A DNA stretch of 64,000 bases from Nitrospinaceae bacterium (GCA_965237905.1 OZ250172.1:160001-224000); one strand, 5' to 3'. Shown: positions 10,082-20,266, numbered from the stretch's first letter. Notes: generated by a model from the letters alone, not told the origin. Made by a program: numbers and translations.

Positions 10082-11500
10082 TTAAAAAAGGTTACCCACA
10101 CCCAAACGACCCTGCGGATCCAGCGATTTTTTGATTTTCCGCAATTCTCCAAGCGCCCGATCCCCGATCATTTTATGGTAATACTCCTTTTTCAACTTGC
10201 CGACGCCATGCTCAGCGGAAATGGTCCCCCCCCATTTTAAAACCTGATCCACCAAAATTTCATAAGTCTCCCGCGCCAGAGACATCTGTTTCGCATCCGG
10301 CAATAAATTAATGTGAAGATGATTATCTCCTATGTGACCAAACATAACGAAGTCCAGGCCGCTTCCAGTCAACGCATCCCGGTAAAACTCCATCATCTTC
10401 CGGAAATGCTCATCGTCCACTGCCATATCCGTTCCCATCTTGATTCGCCCCAGACGGGAGTTTTCTTCATTGATCATCAGGGGAATCTCGTGTCGGAAGT
10501 CGTAAAATTTTTCGATGTCCTTTGGCCCCTGTGCAAACCAGGAATCATCTAATAGAACCTTTTCCTGTTCCAAAAACTCATACCAGATTTCAAGACAAAG
10601 GTCATACTCCTCTTGACTGGCAACATCCTGCTCAAAAAATAGAGCGGCCTGGGCTTTCTCTGGTATGTTGCCGAATTTTTGTTTCAGGCGTTGCAAAGAC
10701 CGGCGATCAAAATATTCCAGCGAACACGGTGAAATTTTTGGTGCCTTGGATCCTCTGATTTTTTCCAGTAGCTCCCAACACACTTCCTCTTGTTCCATAA
10801 AAAGAATGCCGCTCAAAAAATCGGCAGGCGCTTTCAAAAGTTTCAGCGTGCATTCGATAAAAACGCACAGGGTTCCATCCGAACCGATAAATATATCCAG
10901 CCAGTCCATCCCTGGCTGAACGAAATAACCCGCCGCATTTTTACACTCTGGACTTTTAAAATTCACTGCAGGAAAGTTGACGGTGGACCCGTCGTCCAGT
11001 TGAAGAGGCCGGTCTATGGTATCCCCCCGGCGAACCGAGGCTGTCCGTCCGTCCGACAAAACAATATCGGCTTCAAGAACGAACTGGCGTGTGGTTCCGT
11101 ACTTGTAACTGCGGGCGCCGGAGGCATTGGTGGCCAGGGTCCCACCGATGGAGGCCAACCATTCGGTCGGATTGGGAGGATAAAACCAGCCGCTGCTTTT
11201 CAAATGGTCTCGCAGGTCTTGCAAAGTAACTGCCGGGCCGACCCGAATGGTGCCATCGATCACCGATTCCATTTTATTGAACCGCTCCAATGAAATCACG
11301 ACGCCACTCAAAGGAATGCGGGACGCCGTGAGTCCCGTACCAGCCCCCGCCAGTGTGACGGGACTTTCATTTTCCTTCAAATAGGCAACCAACTCCTCGC
11401 GGGTTTCGGGAATGATGACCTCGTTGGCCTGCCCTTCGGAAAAGTTGGAGGCGTCCTTGAGATAAGAAGCAATTGTTTCGGGATTGGTTTTTCTAAACAT
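10082..11500 (-). CDS. FAD-linked oxidase/D-2-hydroxyacid dehydrogenase (VAO/GlcD family)
   Basis: GAGTGL, ASIGGTLATNASG, IGSDGTL, FGHIGDNHLH, GTISAEHGVGKLK, LDPQG. Confidence 0.9.
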   Translation of the reverse strand: MFRKTNPETIASYLKDASNFSEGQANEVIIPETREELVAYLKENESPVTLAGAGTGLTASRIPLSGVVISLERFNKMESVIDGTIRVGPAVTLQDLRDHLKSSGWFYPPNPTEWLASIGGTLATNASGARSYKYGTTRQFVLEADIVLSDGRTASVRRGDTIDRPLQLDDGSTVNFPAVNFKSPECKNAAGYFVQPGMDWLDIFIGSDGTLCVFIECTLKLLKAPADFLSGILFMEQEEVCWELLEKIRGSKAPKISPCSLEYFDRRSLQRLKQKFGNIPEKAQAALFFEQDVASQEEYDLCLEIWYEFLEQEKVLLDDSWFAQGPKDIEKFYDFRHEIPLMINEENSRLGRIKMGTDMAVDDEHFRKMMEFYRDALTGSGLDFVMFGHIGDNHLHINLLPDAKQMSLARETYEILVDQVLKWGGTISAEHGVGKLKKEYYHKMIGDRALGELRKIKKSLDPQGRLGVGNLF

Positions 11501-11518
11501 GGGTTCAAAACCGCCTGG

Positions 11519-12124
11519 TCATCGCCGGGTGGATTCCATCAAGCCATCGGCTTGCGGGGGAAGGAAACCTTCGTAACCGTGGTGACGCTCAATCAATTCC
11601 AGTACCGTGTAAACTTGGCCGTTCTTCATCTCCGGCTTGGTAAACACCTGACGCAAATCCGTACCGGGATCACCGACCACTTGGCCCGCCACCTTAAACC
11701 CTCTTTTGCCAATCGCCTCAATGGCGGTATCGATCTCTTCGACGAGGATGGCGATATGGTGGAAACATTGATCCCCATGAGCCTTCACCCATCCGGGAAT
11801 CAGGCTTTTACCGCCCCGCTCGCCCTCATACGCCTGATCAATAAACAAGGCCGGGTATCCGGGTTTTCGGAACACTTTTGCCCACCAGTGATCGAATTCC
11901 AAAACCCCAATCTTTGCGTCGTAATGGAATCCGAGATCGATAAATTGTTTGGCTCGGGCATCGACATCCAAGGTCCGAATGGTGCAATGGTCCACCAGAG
12001 GCATCCACCCCGCGCCACAGCGGGTCAATTGATCCGCAAAATCCGCCGCCGCCCGGTTGCCTGCGAGAAACCGGCCAAGATAATCCTGCATCAACGGATC
12101 CAAGGCATCCATAACCCTACTCAT
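11519..12124 (-). CDS. VOC-fold metalloprotein, DUF1338/HglS-like
   Basis: DHCTIR, FHHIAI and ELIER metal-ligand motifs plus C-terminal GFLPPQADGLMEST. Start placed at ATG 12124, which overlaps the stop of the upstream small ORF. Confidence 0.65.
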   Translation of the reverse strand: MSRVMDALDPLMQDYLGRFLAGNRAAADFADQLTRCGAGWMPLVDHCTIRTLDVDARAKQFIDLGFHYDAKIGVLEFDHWWAKVFRKPGYPALFIDQAYEGERGGKSLIPGWVKAHGDQCFHHIAILVEEIDTAIEAIGKRGFKVAGQVVGDPGTDLRQVFTKPEMKNGQVYTVLELIERHHGYEGFLPPQADGLMESTRR

Positions 12125-12281
12125 TGTCCTTATTCGAAGGGTTGTCGGTTTCGTCCTTCTCCCGTTTTTCATCGGGATTACCCGACGACGGACCCTGGTG
12201 AATAAACCCCGCATAGCGGAACATTACAACCACCAGGCTGATTAAAGCACCGATCACCACCACTATAATGATTAAGTCCAT
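12117..12281 (-). CDS. 54-aa single-pass membrane microprotein
   Basis: Manual translation MDLIIIVVVIGALISLVVVMFRYAGFIHQGPSSGNPDEKREKDETDNPSNKDNE; its stop overlaps the next gene's ATG (ATGAGTAG). Confidence 0.6.
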   Translation of the reverse strand: MDLIIIVVVIGALISLVVVMFRYAGFIHQGPSSGNPDEKREKDETDNPSNKDNE

Positions 12282-12395
12282 AAATCCGTCATCCTGATAA
12301 CTTTAAGTACCTATAGTTTACCACCAGCAATGAAAACCACCAAGATTCAGGGACATTATTATTTCCATTCGATCTCCTTTAATCTCTCCTTCGAC

Positions 12396-12424
12396 TTGAC
12401 ACCCTTTTGGGCCTTACGTATGCT
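12396..12424 (+). promoter_or_regulatory. sigma70-type promoter of the AAA ATPase operon
   Basis: TTGACA-N17-TATGCT followed by AAGGAG RBS and ATG at 12451. Confidence 0.65.
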
Positions 12425-12450
12425 GAGTTATAGCAAAGGAGAGTTCATTC

Positions 12451-13422
12451 ATGAAAGACGACGTTAGGGGTAGTGAAATCCATAACCAGAAGGTGACCAT
12501 CAACGGTGTGCAGTTGACGCTCAGCCAAGCGGACACGAGTGAAGTCACCTGGATCGGCCAGAGTGAAATCCTGAAGCAGGTTCTGGCCTGCTGGTTGGTG
12601 GTGGGAGAAAAAGACCTGCCGTTGGCTCCCCGGATTATCGGCATGCCCGGTATCGGCAAAACCACGCTCGCCATGGTCGGAGCGCGAACCCGCAAGCAAC
12701 CGCTGTACATTTTTCAATGCACCGCCGACACCCGGCCGGAGGATTTACTGGTCACCCCCGTGCTTTCCGAAGCGGGGACTATTTCTTACCATGCATCACC
12801 TTTAGTCACTGCCATGATCCAGGGGGGCATCTGCATCCTTGATGAAGGCAACCGAATGAACGAGAAGAGCTGGGCCTCGCTGGCGCCTTTGCTGGATCAT
12901 CGCCGCTATGTCGAATCCATCATTGCCGGCATACAGATTCATGCGCACCGGGAATTTCGCGCCGCCGTCACCATGAACAGCGACGAGTCCACCTTCGAAA
13001 TACCGGATTACATTCTGTCGCGCCTGCAACCCACCCTGCAATTGAAAATGCCTTCTCATCAAGACGAACTCTCCATATTGAAATACCATTTACCCTTCGC
13101 CGAAGAGGACTTGCTGAACATGACGGTCGAGTTCCTGCAACGCGCACATCAACTGGATCTCGATTTTTCACCACGCGACGGTCTTCATATCCTGCAATAC
13201 GCTCTCAAGCGAATGAGTCAGGATAGGGAGCACCCCCTCTCGAAAGACGAGTTCTGGCTGGAAGCGGTGGAAAAAGTACTCGGCGAGGAGGCCTTGAATC
13301 TGGATGAATTGGCCGAAAGGAAAAAGCGGGCGCTGGGTTCTGATAATCTGCCGATGGGTCTGGGTGATTTTTTCTTTGATGAAGACAGCCCTCTGCATCC
13401 GGACTCCGATCCCGACCGTTAA
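12451..13422 (+). CDS. MoxR-like AAA+ ATPase (AAA_5/CbbQ-NirQ-YehL type)
   Basis: Walker A GMPGIGKT, Walker B ILDEGNR, sensor MN, Arg finger ILSRL. Confidence 0.88.
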   Translation: MKDDVRGSEIHNQKVTINGVQLTLSQADTSEVTWIGQSEILKQVLACWLVVGEKDLPLAPRIIGMPGIGKTTLAMVGARTRKQPLYIFQCTADTRPEDLLVTPVLSEAGTISYHASPLVTAMIQGGICILDEGNRMNEKSWASLAPLLDHRRYVESIIAGIQIHAHREFRAAVTMNSDESTFEIPDYILSRLQPTLQLKMPSHQDELSILKYHLPFAEEDLLNMTVEFLQRAHQLDLDFSPRDGLHILQYALKRMSQDREHPLSKDEFWLEAVEKVLGEEALNLDELAERKKRALGSDNLPMGLGDFFFDEDSPLHPDSDPDR

Positions 13423-13444
13423 ACCTCTTCTTCCGGAGTTTTAA

Positions 13445-15271
13445 GTGGCACATATTTTTGAACTCAGCGAAAAAGTTCAATTGCTTCCTGTGATTCACGG
13501 AAGCGGTAACTTCAGCCGTGAAGTCCGACAGAGGATTTTATCCTCAGGGTGTGATTGCCTGGCCGTCTGCCTGCCACCGGAATTTCAAACCACCGTCGAG
13601 CAGGGCCTCCAAAAACTTCCCTATATTTCCGTCAGCGCCCTGGAAGAGTCGGAGGGAACTTTGAGTTACGTTCCCATCGATCCCGTGCAACCCGTCATCA
13701 TGGCGCTTCGCATCGCTCAGCAGGAAGGCATTCCGCGAAAGTTCATCGACCTCAGCGTTCCTCACTATGAAGTGCGCCATATGGACTTCCCCGACTCTTT
13801 TGCTCTACATGGACTCTCTCTGGAAAAATTTGCCGTCGCCCTGTTGCCGTTCATCGAACGTCCACCCGCCAATAGCCAGCACGACCAGCGGTCGCGGTGG
13901 ATGGCGTACCAGTTGCATCAGTTGGAAATGGATTATTCAAAAGTCGTTCTTGTCTGTTCGGTTTTGGACTGGCCGTGGATCAAACAGGCGTACGACGAAC
14001 GTTCCAAGTATCCCAAGCCCGAGCTACCGGACGGACATCCGGCTTTATACGGGTTGGAACCCAATACTCTGTTTTTCGCTTTGAGCGAATTTCCCTATAT
14101 CACCTACCTGTACGAAAAAAACCGGCAGGAGTTGAAATCGGATCGGGGTGTGGCTATCGACGGCGTCAAGGAAATCATGTTGAAGGCACGGGAGAACTTT
14201 CTTGCCAAACATAAAGTTCGTTACCACAATTTGACGTCGCAGACATTTCAGATTTATCTGCAATATGTGCGCAACCTCACGCTCATGGAGCGTCGTCTGA
14301 CGCCTGATCTGTATACCCTGGTGGTTTCCGCGAAGCAGGTCGGAGGGGATGCATATGCTATTGCCTTGATGGAGGCCGCCCGCGATTATCCGTTTCAGAA
14401 AGAAGAGGCCGGAATGGACACGCTGGCAATGGGCATCGACCAGGCGGCACTGGATGACGATCAGGTCATCAACATGAGGAACCGGCTTAACGAAACTCAA
14501 TTCGAATGGCGGACTCTGGATCTGAAGCCCAATCCCGAACAGTTCAAACAGGAACAGTGGAAATACACCTGGAATCCGTATGGACAATGTTCCTGGCCGC
14601 CGGAAGATGAAAAGATCGAGAGCCTGAATACCCATGTCCGCGAGCAAACCAAACTTTTGCTGTCCAACGATTTGGCGCGCACCGAAAAATTCACCTCGTC
14701 GGTCAAAGACGGGATCGACATCCGGGACACGCTTCGCAACTGGCACACGGGCGATATCTACGTCAAAGAGATCCCTCCCTCGCGAGGCACCATCGAAGTG
14801 GTGGTCATGCTGTTTGAAATGGAACCCCAGCCGGATCGATACGTCTGGCGGCAAACCTGGTTCGCCGAGCATAAGGAAGAATCCACACTATGCTTTTTCG
14901 CCACGAACTATATGGATAACATGATCGGCCCGGGTATCGGCCAGGCCACCTATGGCGGTTGCATGATGATTTTCCCACCACGCCCGATACTCAACATCTG
15001 GGAGGACCCTCGCCTGCGCATGGGTCAAACACTGGAGGAAAAACTTCTGGAGGCGGCGTTTTTTCATTCCAAAGAGCGGCATATCACCGTCGTCTCTCCC
15101 GGACCGCCCAAAGCCGGCTGGCGGCGCATGGCGCGTCAGTACAAAAAGCGGATCATTCATATTCCACTCAAACGGTTTTCCGCTCAGACCATCGAAAAAG
15201 TCCGCCAGTTCCACGTGCTGAACGGCAAACACATCCGCTCCTTCGCCACCCGCTTCATTCAGGACATTTAA
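13445..15271 (+). CDS. conserved hypothetical protein, probable partner of the AAA ATPase
   Basis: 608-aa ORF 22 bp after the ATPase on the same strand. Confidence 0.8.
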   Translation: MAHIFELSEKVQLLPVIHGSGNFSREVRQRILSSGCDCLAVCLPPEFQTTVEQGLQKLPYISVSALEESEGTLSYVPIDPVQPVIMALRIAQQEGIPRKFIDLSVPHYEVRHMDFPDSFALHGLSLEKFAVALLPFIERPPANSQHDQRSRWMAYQLHQLEMDYSKVVLVCSVLDWPWIKQAYDERSKYPKPELPDGHPALYGLEPNTLFFALSEFPYITYLYEKNRQELKSDRGVAIDGVKEIMLKARENFLAKHKVRYHNLTSQTFQIYLQYVRNLTLMERRLTPDLYTLVVSAKQVGGDAYAIALMEAARDYPFQKEEAGMDTLAMGIDQAALDDDQVINMRNRLNETQFEWRTLDLKPNPEQFKQEQWKYTWNPYGQCSWPPEDEKIESLNTHVREQTKLLLSNDLARTEKFTSSVKDGIDIRDTLRNWHTGDIYVKEIPPSRGTIEVVVMLFEMEPQPDRYVWRQTWFAEHKEESTLCFFATNYMDNMIGPGIGQATYGGCMMIFPPRPILNIWEDPRLRMGQTLEEKLLEAAFFHSKERHITVVSPGPPKAGWRRMARQYKKRIIHIPLKRFSAQTIEKVRQFHVLNGKHIRSFATRFIQDI

Positions 15272-15419
15272 GCTTGAGGTGGGACTCCCTCTTTTAATTT
15301 GTTATACTTTTCAAGCAGTCTTGAGTCCTTGAAAATCCTTTCGCAGGCTTGCGTAATCTATTTCCTAACCGGCACTGATTTCTTACCCAACACCAATTCT
15401 GGATTCTCTTCCTTCACAC

Positions 15420-16991
15420 ATGGAAAACAATAAAAAGGTAAGCAGAGCGGCGGGGGCTGTGGGTTCGATGACGATGATCTCCCGGCTGTTTGGTTTCGTC
15501 CGCGATTTGGTGCTGGCGATGACCTTTGGAGCTTCTGCCTCGGCGGATGCTTTTTTCGTCGCGTTTCGTATTCCCAACATCCAGCGACGCATTCTCGGCG
15601 AGGGCGCGGTCAGCGCCGCCATGATCCCGGTGTATGGCGAATACCTGAATACCCAAAGCGAAGAAGAAACCCAAAACTTCGCTTCCAACCTGTTCAATAT
15701 CCAATTTACGGTTCTGGTCATAACTTCATTCGCGATTGTCACCTTCGCGCCTTTCCTGATCATGGCGTTTGCGCCGGGGTTTATGGATGAGCCCGACAAG
15801 TTTGAACTGACGGTAACTTTAACGCGGTGGATGGGGCCTTATCTGATTCTGGTGGGAATGAGCGCGTTCTGTATGGGTATTCTAAATACCCATGGTATTT
15901 TTAAACCCTCCGCCGCGGCGCCTATTCTGGTCAACATCTGCATGATCTTGGGCGCTCTGATTCTGTCTCCCTATCTGGAGCAACCAATCATGGGGCTGGC
16001 CATTGGTGTTCTTGTGGGAGGACTTTTACAATTTCTGGTGCAATTCCCGATCACCCTGCGCAACGGCTTGAAACTTTCGTCTCACTTCAATTGGAAACAT
16101 GCCGGCATCATCAAAGTCGGAAAGCTGTTGGGCCCGGCCATCCTGGGCTTCGGTGTTTATGAAATCAACCTGCTGGTCGACACGCTGTTGGCGTCCCTGC
16201 TAGCCGGCGGGTCCGTTTCCTATTTGTATTACGCTAACCGGATGGTGCAGTTGCCTCTTGGCGTTTTCGGCGTGGCGTTGGGGATAGCGATCCTGCCGAT
16301 GCTGACCGGGCAGGCGGCCCGGCAGGAAATTGAGGAGTTTCGCGACACCCTGGCGTTCGGTATCCGGTTGATCCTGTTTATTACCGTACCCGCTACGGTG
16401 GGGTTGATCCTTTTAAGTTTTCCGATCATCAATACCTTGTGGGAACGTGGCGAATTTTTACGGACCACCACCGAGGGCACCAGTCTGGCTTTGATTTATT
16501 ATTCGGTCGGGTTATGCGCATTTGCCGGAACTAAGGTGCTGGTTTCGGCCTTCTACTCGTTTCAGGACACCAAAACCCCGATGAAAATCGGAATCTATTC
16601 CATGTTACTTAATGTGACTCTCGCTATTATTTTGATGGGACCGCTCAAACACGGGGGCATCGCGCTGGCCACTTCCCTTTCCTCCATCTTCAACGCGGCG
16701 GCGCTAGTGTTTCTCATGAAGAAGAAATTGGGGCGCATGGGGGGACGCAGCATTGTGGGCTCCATGGTTCAATTGACGATCGCTGTCACCCTTATGGGAT
16801 TGGGCGTTTATTTTGCCAACGCATGGTGGTTCGACCCGCAGGCACCCCTGATCCAACGTATAGGAATTCTATTTGGAGAAATAACGCTGGGCGTGATTAT
16901 TTATATCTGCGCTTCCTGGCTGATGAAAAACGAGGAATTGAAATTTATCCACCAGCTGATCCGCGAAAAAAGAGGCCCCCGCCCCGCCTGA
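15420..16991 (+). CDS. murJ: lipid II flippase MurJ (MviN)
   Basis: SRLFGFVRD, ADAFFVAFRIPN, EGA, YYANRMVQLPLG, FYSFQDTKTP. Confidence 0.97.
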   Translation: MENNKKVSRAAGAVGSMTMISRLFGFVRDLVLAMTFGASASADAFFVAFRIPNIQRRILGEGAVSAAMIPVYGEYLNTQSEEETQNFASNLFNIQFTVLVITSFAIVTFAPFLIMAFAPGFMDEPDKFELTVTLTRWMGPYLILVGMSAFCMGILNTHGIFKPSAAAPILVNICMILGALILSPYLEQPIMGLAIGVLVGGLLQFLVQFPITLRNGLKLSSHFNWKHAGIIKVGKLLGPAILGFGVYEINLLVDTLLASLLAGGSVSYLYYANRMVQLPLGVFGVALGIAILPMLTGQAARQEIEEFRDTLAFGIRLILFITVPATVGLILLSFPIINTLWERGEFLRTTTEGTSLALIYYSVGLCAFAGTKVLVSAFYSFQDTKTPMKIGIYSMLLNVTLAIILMGPLKHGGIALATSLSSIFNAAALVFLMKKKLGRMGGRSIVGSMVQLTIAVTLMGLGVYFANAWWFDPQAPLIQRIGILFGEITLGVIIYICASWLMKNEELKFIHQLIREKRGPRPA

Positions 16992-17078
16992 TTTTTTTAA
17001 CGAAACACCCTTGTGTTCTCTTCCCTGTTCCCTATAATGGGCCTCCCGAAAACAATAACCTGAACCAAGGAATAAAAA

Positions 17079-17690
17079 ATGCTGGCCTGTTTAGATTTGG
17101 AGGGAGTGCTGATTCCTGAAATCTGGATCGCATTTGCAGAGAAAATCGGAATTGAAAAACTTCGCCTGACCACACGCGACATCCCGGATTATGACGAACT
17201 GATGTGCGGCCGGCTCAAGATACTGGACGAAAACAGTTTGAGGTTAGCGGATATTCAGAAGGTCATCCGCGAAATCAAACCGCTGGAGGGAGCCTGTGAT
17301 TTTCTCGGCTGGCTGAAATCGGAATTCCAGGTTATCATTCTCTCCGATACCTTTTACCAGTTTGCCGGCCCGCTGATGGCCCAATTGGATTACCCCGCCC
17401 TTTTCTGTAATGAATTGAAAGTTGCAGAGAACGGCCGAATCACCGGCTACCAGCTGAGACAGGCCGACGGTAAAACCAAAGCTGTAGAGGCGTTACAAGG
17501 TCTGAATTTCAAGGTGGTGGCGGTGGGAGATTCCTATAACGATACCGGAATGTTATTGAAAGCGGATGTGGGAATATTTTTCCGGCCACCGGAGAGTATC
17601 CTGAAGGAATTTGCCCAGTTTCCCGTGACTCATCGATATGATGAATTGAAACAGGAATTTCGGAAAGCAATGGTAATGCTGACTCAATAA
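17079..17690 (+). CDS. thrH: phosphoserine phosphatase / homoserine phosphotransferase ThrH
   Basis: CLDLEGVLIPEIW, TTRDIPDYDELM, ILSDTFYQF, GDSYNDTGML. Confidence 0.93.
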   Translation: MLACLDLEGVLIPEIWIAFAEKIGIEKLRLTTRDIPDYDELMCGRLKILDENSLRLADIQKVIREIKPLEGACDFLGWLKSEFQVIILSDTFYQFAGPLMAQLDYPALFCNELKVAENGRITGYQLRQADGKTKAVEALQGLNFKVVAVGDSYNDTGMLLKADVGIFFRPPESILKEFAQFPVTHRYDELKQEFRKAMVMLTQ

Positions 17691-17710
17691 AGATGGATTC
17701 GCCCGACGGA

Positions 17711-18211
17711 TCATTCAATGGATGAGGAGAGCAGGCGGGTGGCGACCCAACCCTTTTTGCCGCCCAAATCAACCTGAGTCCAGTCTTCCCCTTGCTCAAG
17801 AATGACCAGGCGTTCCCCCTTGCCGGCACCACCGATAACTTTCGATTCTTTGCTGGGTTGTTCCCGGATATTGGCAAACGATACATTAACATAATGAAAT
17901 ACTTGGTAGTCCTCATCCTTCGGGATATCCTGCGTGTCCTCCTCCACGGGTGTCTCCACAATATCTACGAAAAAAGCCTGATAGTCCCAGTCCACTTTGT
18001 AGGCCACAAGCACCGCAAACACCAGGGTAAGCAGAGAGACTTTCGTCATCGCCTGCCAGAAAGTCATTCCCGATTCCGGAGTATCCCCTGGCAGGACCGG
18101 CGGACCGCAATGCTCGCAAAAGGCGGCACCCCGCGGTAACGGTTTGTTGCAGGAAATGCAATACTCTTTGATTAACGCATTTTGTCTTTTGGTAATCTCA
18201 TCTAAATCCAT
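17711..18211 (-). CDS. zinc-ribbon + TM + bacterial SH3 domain protein
   Basis: CISC...FCEHCG, one TM segment, ANIREQPSKESKVIG...W...GWV SH3b pattern. Confidence 0.8.
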   Translation of the reverse strand: MDLDEITKRQNALIKEYCISCNKPLPRGAAFCEHCGPPVLPGDTPESGMTFWQAMTKVSLLTLVFAVLVAYKVDWDYQAFFVDIVETPVEEDTQDIPKDEDYQVFHYVNVSFANIREQPSKESKVIGGAGKGERLVILEQGEDWTQVDLGGKKGWVATRLLSSSIE

Positions 18212-18218
18212 GATCCAC

Positions 18219-19733
18219 TCATGCGGTAGAACTTAACCGGTAAATTTCATGATATTTATTTTTCAAATAGGTGATGAAATGCGTGGGATTCAAGGCTTCC
18301 CCCGTCACCTCTTGCAATAAAGCCTCGGTCGACAACAATTTTCCTTTAACGTGAATTTTCTGACTCAACCATTGCTTGATGGACTGAAACTTGCCTTCAC
18401 GAATCCAGTTTTCCAGATCGGGAGTCTCCTGTCTCATGGCGTTATAAAACTGACAGGCGTACATGGCTCCAAACGTGTAGGACGGGAAATATCCGAAAGC
18501 GCCGCCACTCCAATGAACGTCCTGCAAAATGCCTTCGACATCCGTCGCGGGACGGATTCCCAAGTACTCCTGCATTTTATTATTCCACACCTCAGGCAAA
18601 TCCGAAACCGTATAGGTGCCGTCGAAAATCCCTTTTTCAATCTCGTAGCGCAGGATAATATGCATGGGATACGTCACCTCATCCGATTCCACGCGAATGA
18701 ATGAAGGCCGGCAGATATTGATGGCTTCATAGAAGGCCTGCGAATCCACTCCCTTTAGATTATCAGGAAAAGTCCCGGTGAACAATTCCATATAATGCTC
18801 ACAAAACGCTTTCTGTTTACTGATCATGCGCTCCCAGAACAGGGATTGGGATTCATGAATCCCGGTGGTCAACGCTTCGGAAACCGGCAGGGCGCGGTCG
18901 CGTTCCATGCGGCCCTGTTCGTACAGACCATGGCCGGTTTCATGGATGACGGCAAACAGCGATTCCATAAAGTTGGCGGACCCGTAGCGGGTGGTAATCC
19001 TCACATCGGTGGGATCCGCTCCGCCGCAGAAAGGATGGACGGAAACATCCATTCGGCCTTTGTCGAAATCAAAACCCAGGGCTTCACTGATGGTGCGTCC
19101 CAAGGTCTCCTGTTTGGCCACTGAGAATTCGCCCTGCAGAAAGGAGGTATCCGGTTGATAGTCGCTCTCCTGAATCCCACGAATCAAAGGGACCAGTTCC
19201 ACCTTGAGACGTTCGAAGATAGGATCGACCCGCTCCATTGTTAAGCCGCGCTCATAAATATCCATGAGGACATCGTAAGGCAGCTTGTTCGGCTCGATAT
19301 AATGAGCCCACTGCTTTTGGAGTTCAATCAACCGCTCCAACACCGGGGCGAAGTCAGAGTATTTATTTTCCTCACGGGCCTTGGCCCAGATGTGGTGGCC
19401 CTTGGATCCCAGCTCCGCCATCTCCTGCACCAATTCCATGGGGACTTTGGTTTCCCGGTCATACACCCGGCGGGTTTCCCGGATATTGCACAGCTCGTAG
19501 GGATCTAAAGCCTTCGAAGAGCCGGATTCCAATTGATCCAGTAATTCTCCAATTTGAGGATCGGTCAGCTTTTCGTGAGCCACCCCGGCTAAAGAAGCGA
19601 TCTGTCCGGCCCGCGCCTGAGTGGCGCCACGGGGCATGATCACTTCCTGATCCCAGTGCAATATGCCCATGATCTGCTCCAGCTGGCCCAACTCTTCCAA
19701 CTTTTTTGCTAGCTTCTGATAGGTTTGTTGCAT
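18219..19733 (-). CDS. carboxypeptidase Taq (peptidase M32)
   Basis: HPF, DVRITT, HETGH, HESQS, IRVESDE, GYFPSY. Start moved to MQQTYQ after a GGAGG RBS. Confidence 0.95.
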   Translation of the reverse strand: MQQTYQKLAKKLEELGQLEQIMGILHWDQEVIMPRGATQARAGQIASLAGVAHEKLTDPQIGELLDQLESGSSKALDPYELCNIRETRRVYDRETKVPMELVQEMAELGSKGHHIWAKAREENKYSDFAPVLERLIELQKQWAHYIEPNKLPYDVLMDIYERGLTMERVDPIFERLKVELVPLIRGIQESDYQPDTSFLQGEFSVAKQETLGRTISEALGFDFDKGRMDVSVHPFCGGADPTDVRITTRYGSANFMESLFAVIHETGHGLYEQGRMERDRALPVSEALTTGIHESQSLFWERMISKQKAFCEHYMELFTGTFPDNLKGVDSQAFYEAINICRPSFIRVESDEVTYPMHIILRYEIEKGIFDGTYTVSDLPEVWNNKMQEYLGIRPATDVEGILQDVHWSGGAFGYFPSYTFGAMYACQFYNAMRQETPDLENWIREGKFQSIKQWLSQKIHVKGKLLSTEALLQEVTGEALNPTHFITYLKNKYHEIYRLSSTA

Positions 19734-19865
19734 TATGAAGTTAGAACCTCCTATAAACCAAAATGATGGATTTCGACAAAGGAAACCCATTTAAAGAGTT
19801 TTATTATATAATTCAAAAAATCTGAATGTCTTTCATTATATTGAAACCTTGATAAGGAAAACGAA

Positions 19866-20111
19866 ATGGATAAGGGGAAAGAAAACAAGATCACCATACA
19901 GGCCCGGCTCAAGGTATTGAACAAATCTCTCGTGAGCGAGGAAAATTCATTTCAATACTATCAAACCCTCTTGGAAAATACCGCTCCGGATTCGGATGAA
20001 AAAATCGGGGAACGGCGGATGTATGAAGACCTCCAGGCGGAGGAAAAAAAGCACGTGCAGGTCCTCCGGGATATGATCCAGCTTTGGGAGAATAAGCTTA
20101 AGGATTTTTAA
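19866..20111 (+). CDS. small ferritin-like/rubrerythrin half-domain protein
   Basis: SEENSFQYY...LQAEEKKHV two-helix E...ExxH pattern; AAGGA RBS. Confidence 0.7.
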   Translation: MDKGKENKITIQARLKVLNKSLVSEENSFQYYQTLLENTAPDSDEKIGERRMYEDLQAEEKKHVQVLRDMIQLWENKLKDF

Positions 20112-20237
20112 TATATTATACTTTTTTATTCAATAAGTTATAAGTTATTAGCTTATCTTAAACATTAGGTAATTCTCTTCAGTCTTATCCTACCTATTCT
20201 TACTCCGCACACTCTTTTCCTCTTTAAAACTAAATAT

Positions 20238-20266
20238 TTGACAACATATCTCCGTTAACATATATT
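20238..20266 (+). promoter_or_regulatory. sigma70 promoter of the FTR1 operon
   Basis: TTGACA (20238-20243), N17, TATATT (20261-20266). Confidence 0.7.
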
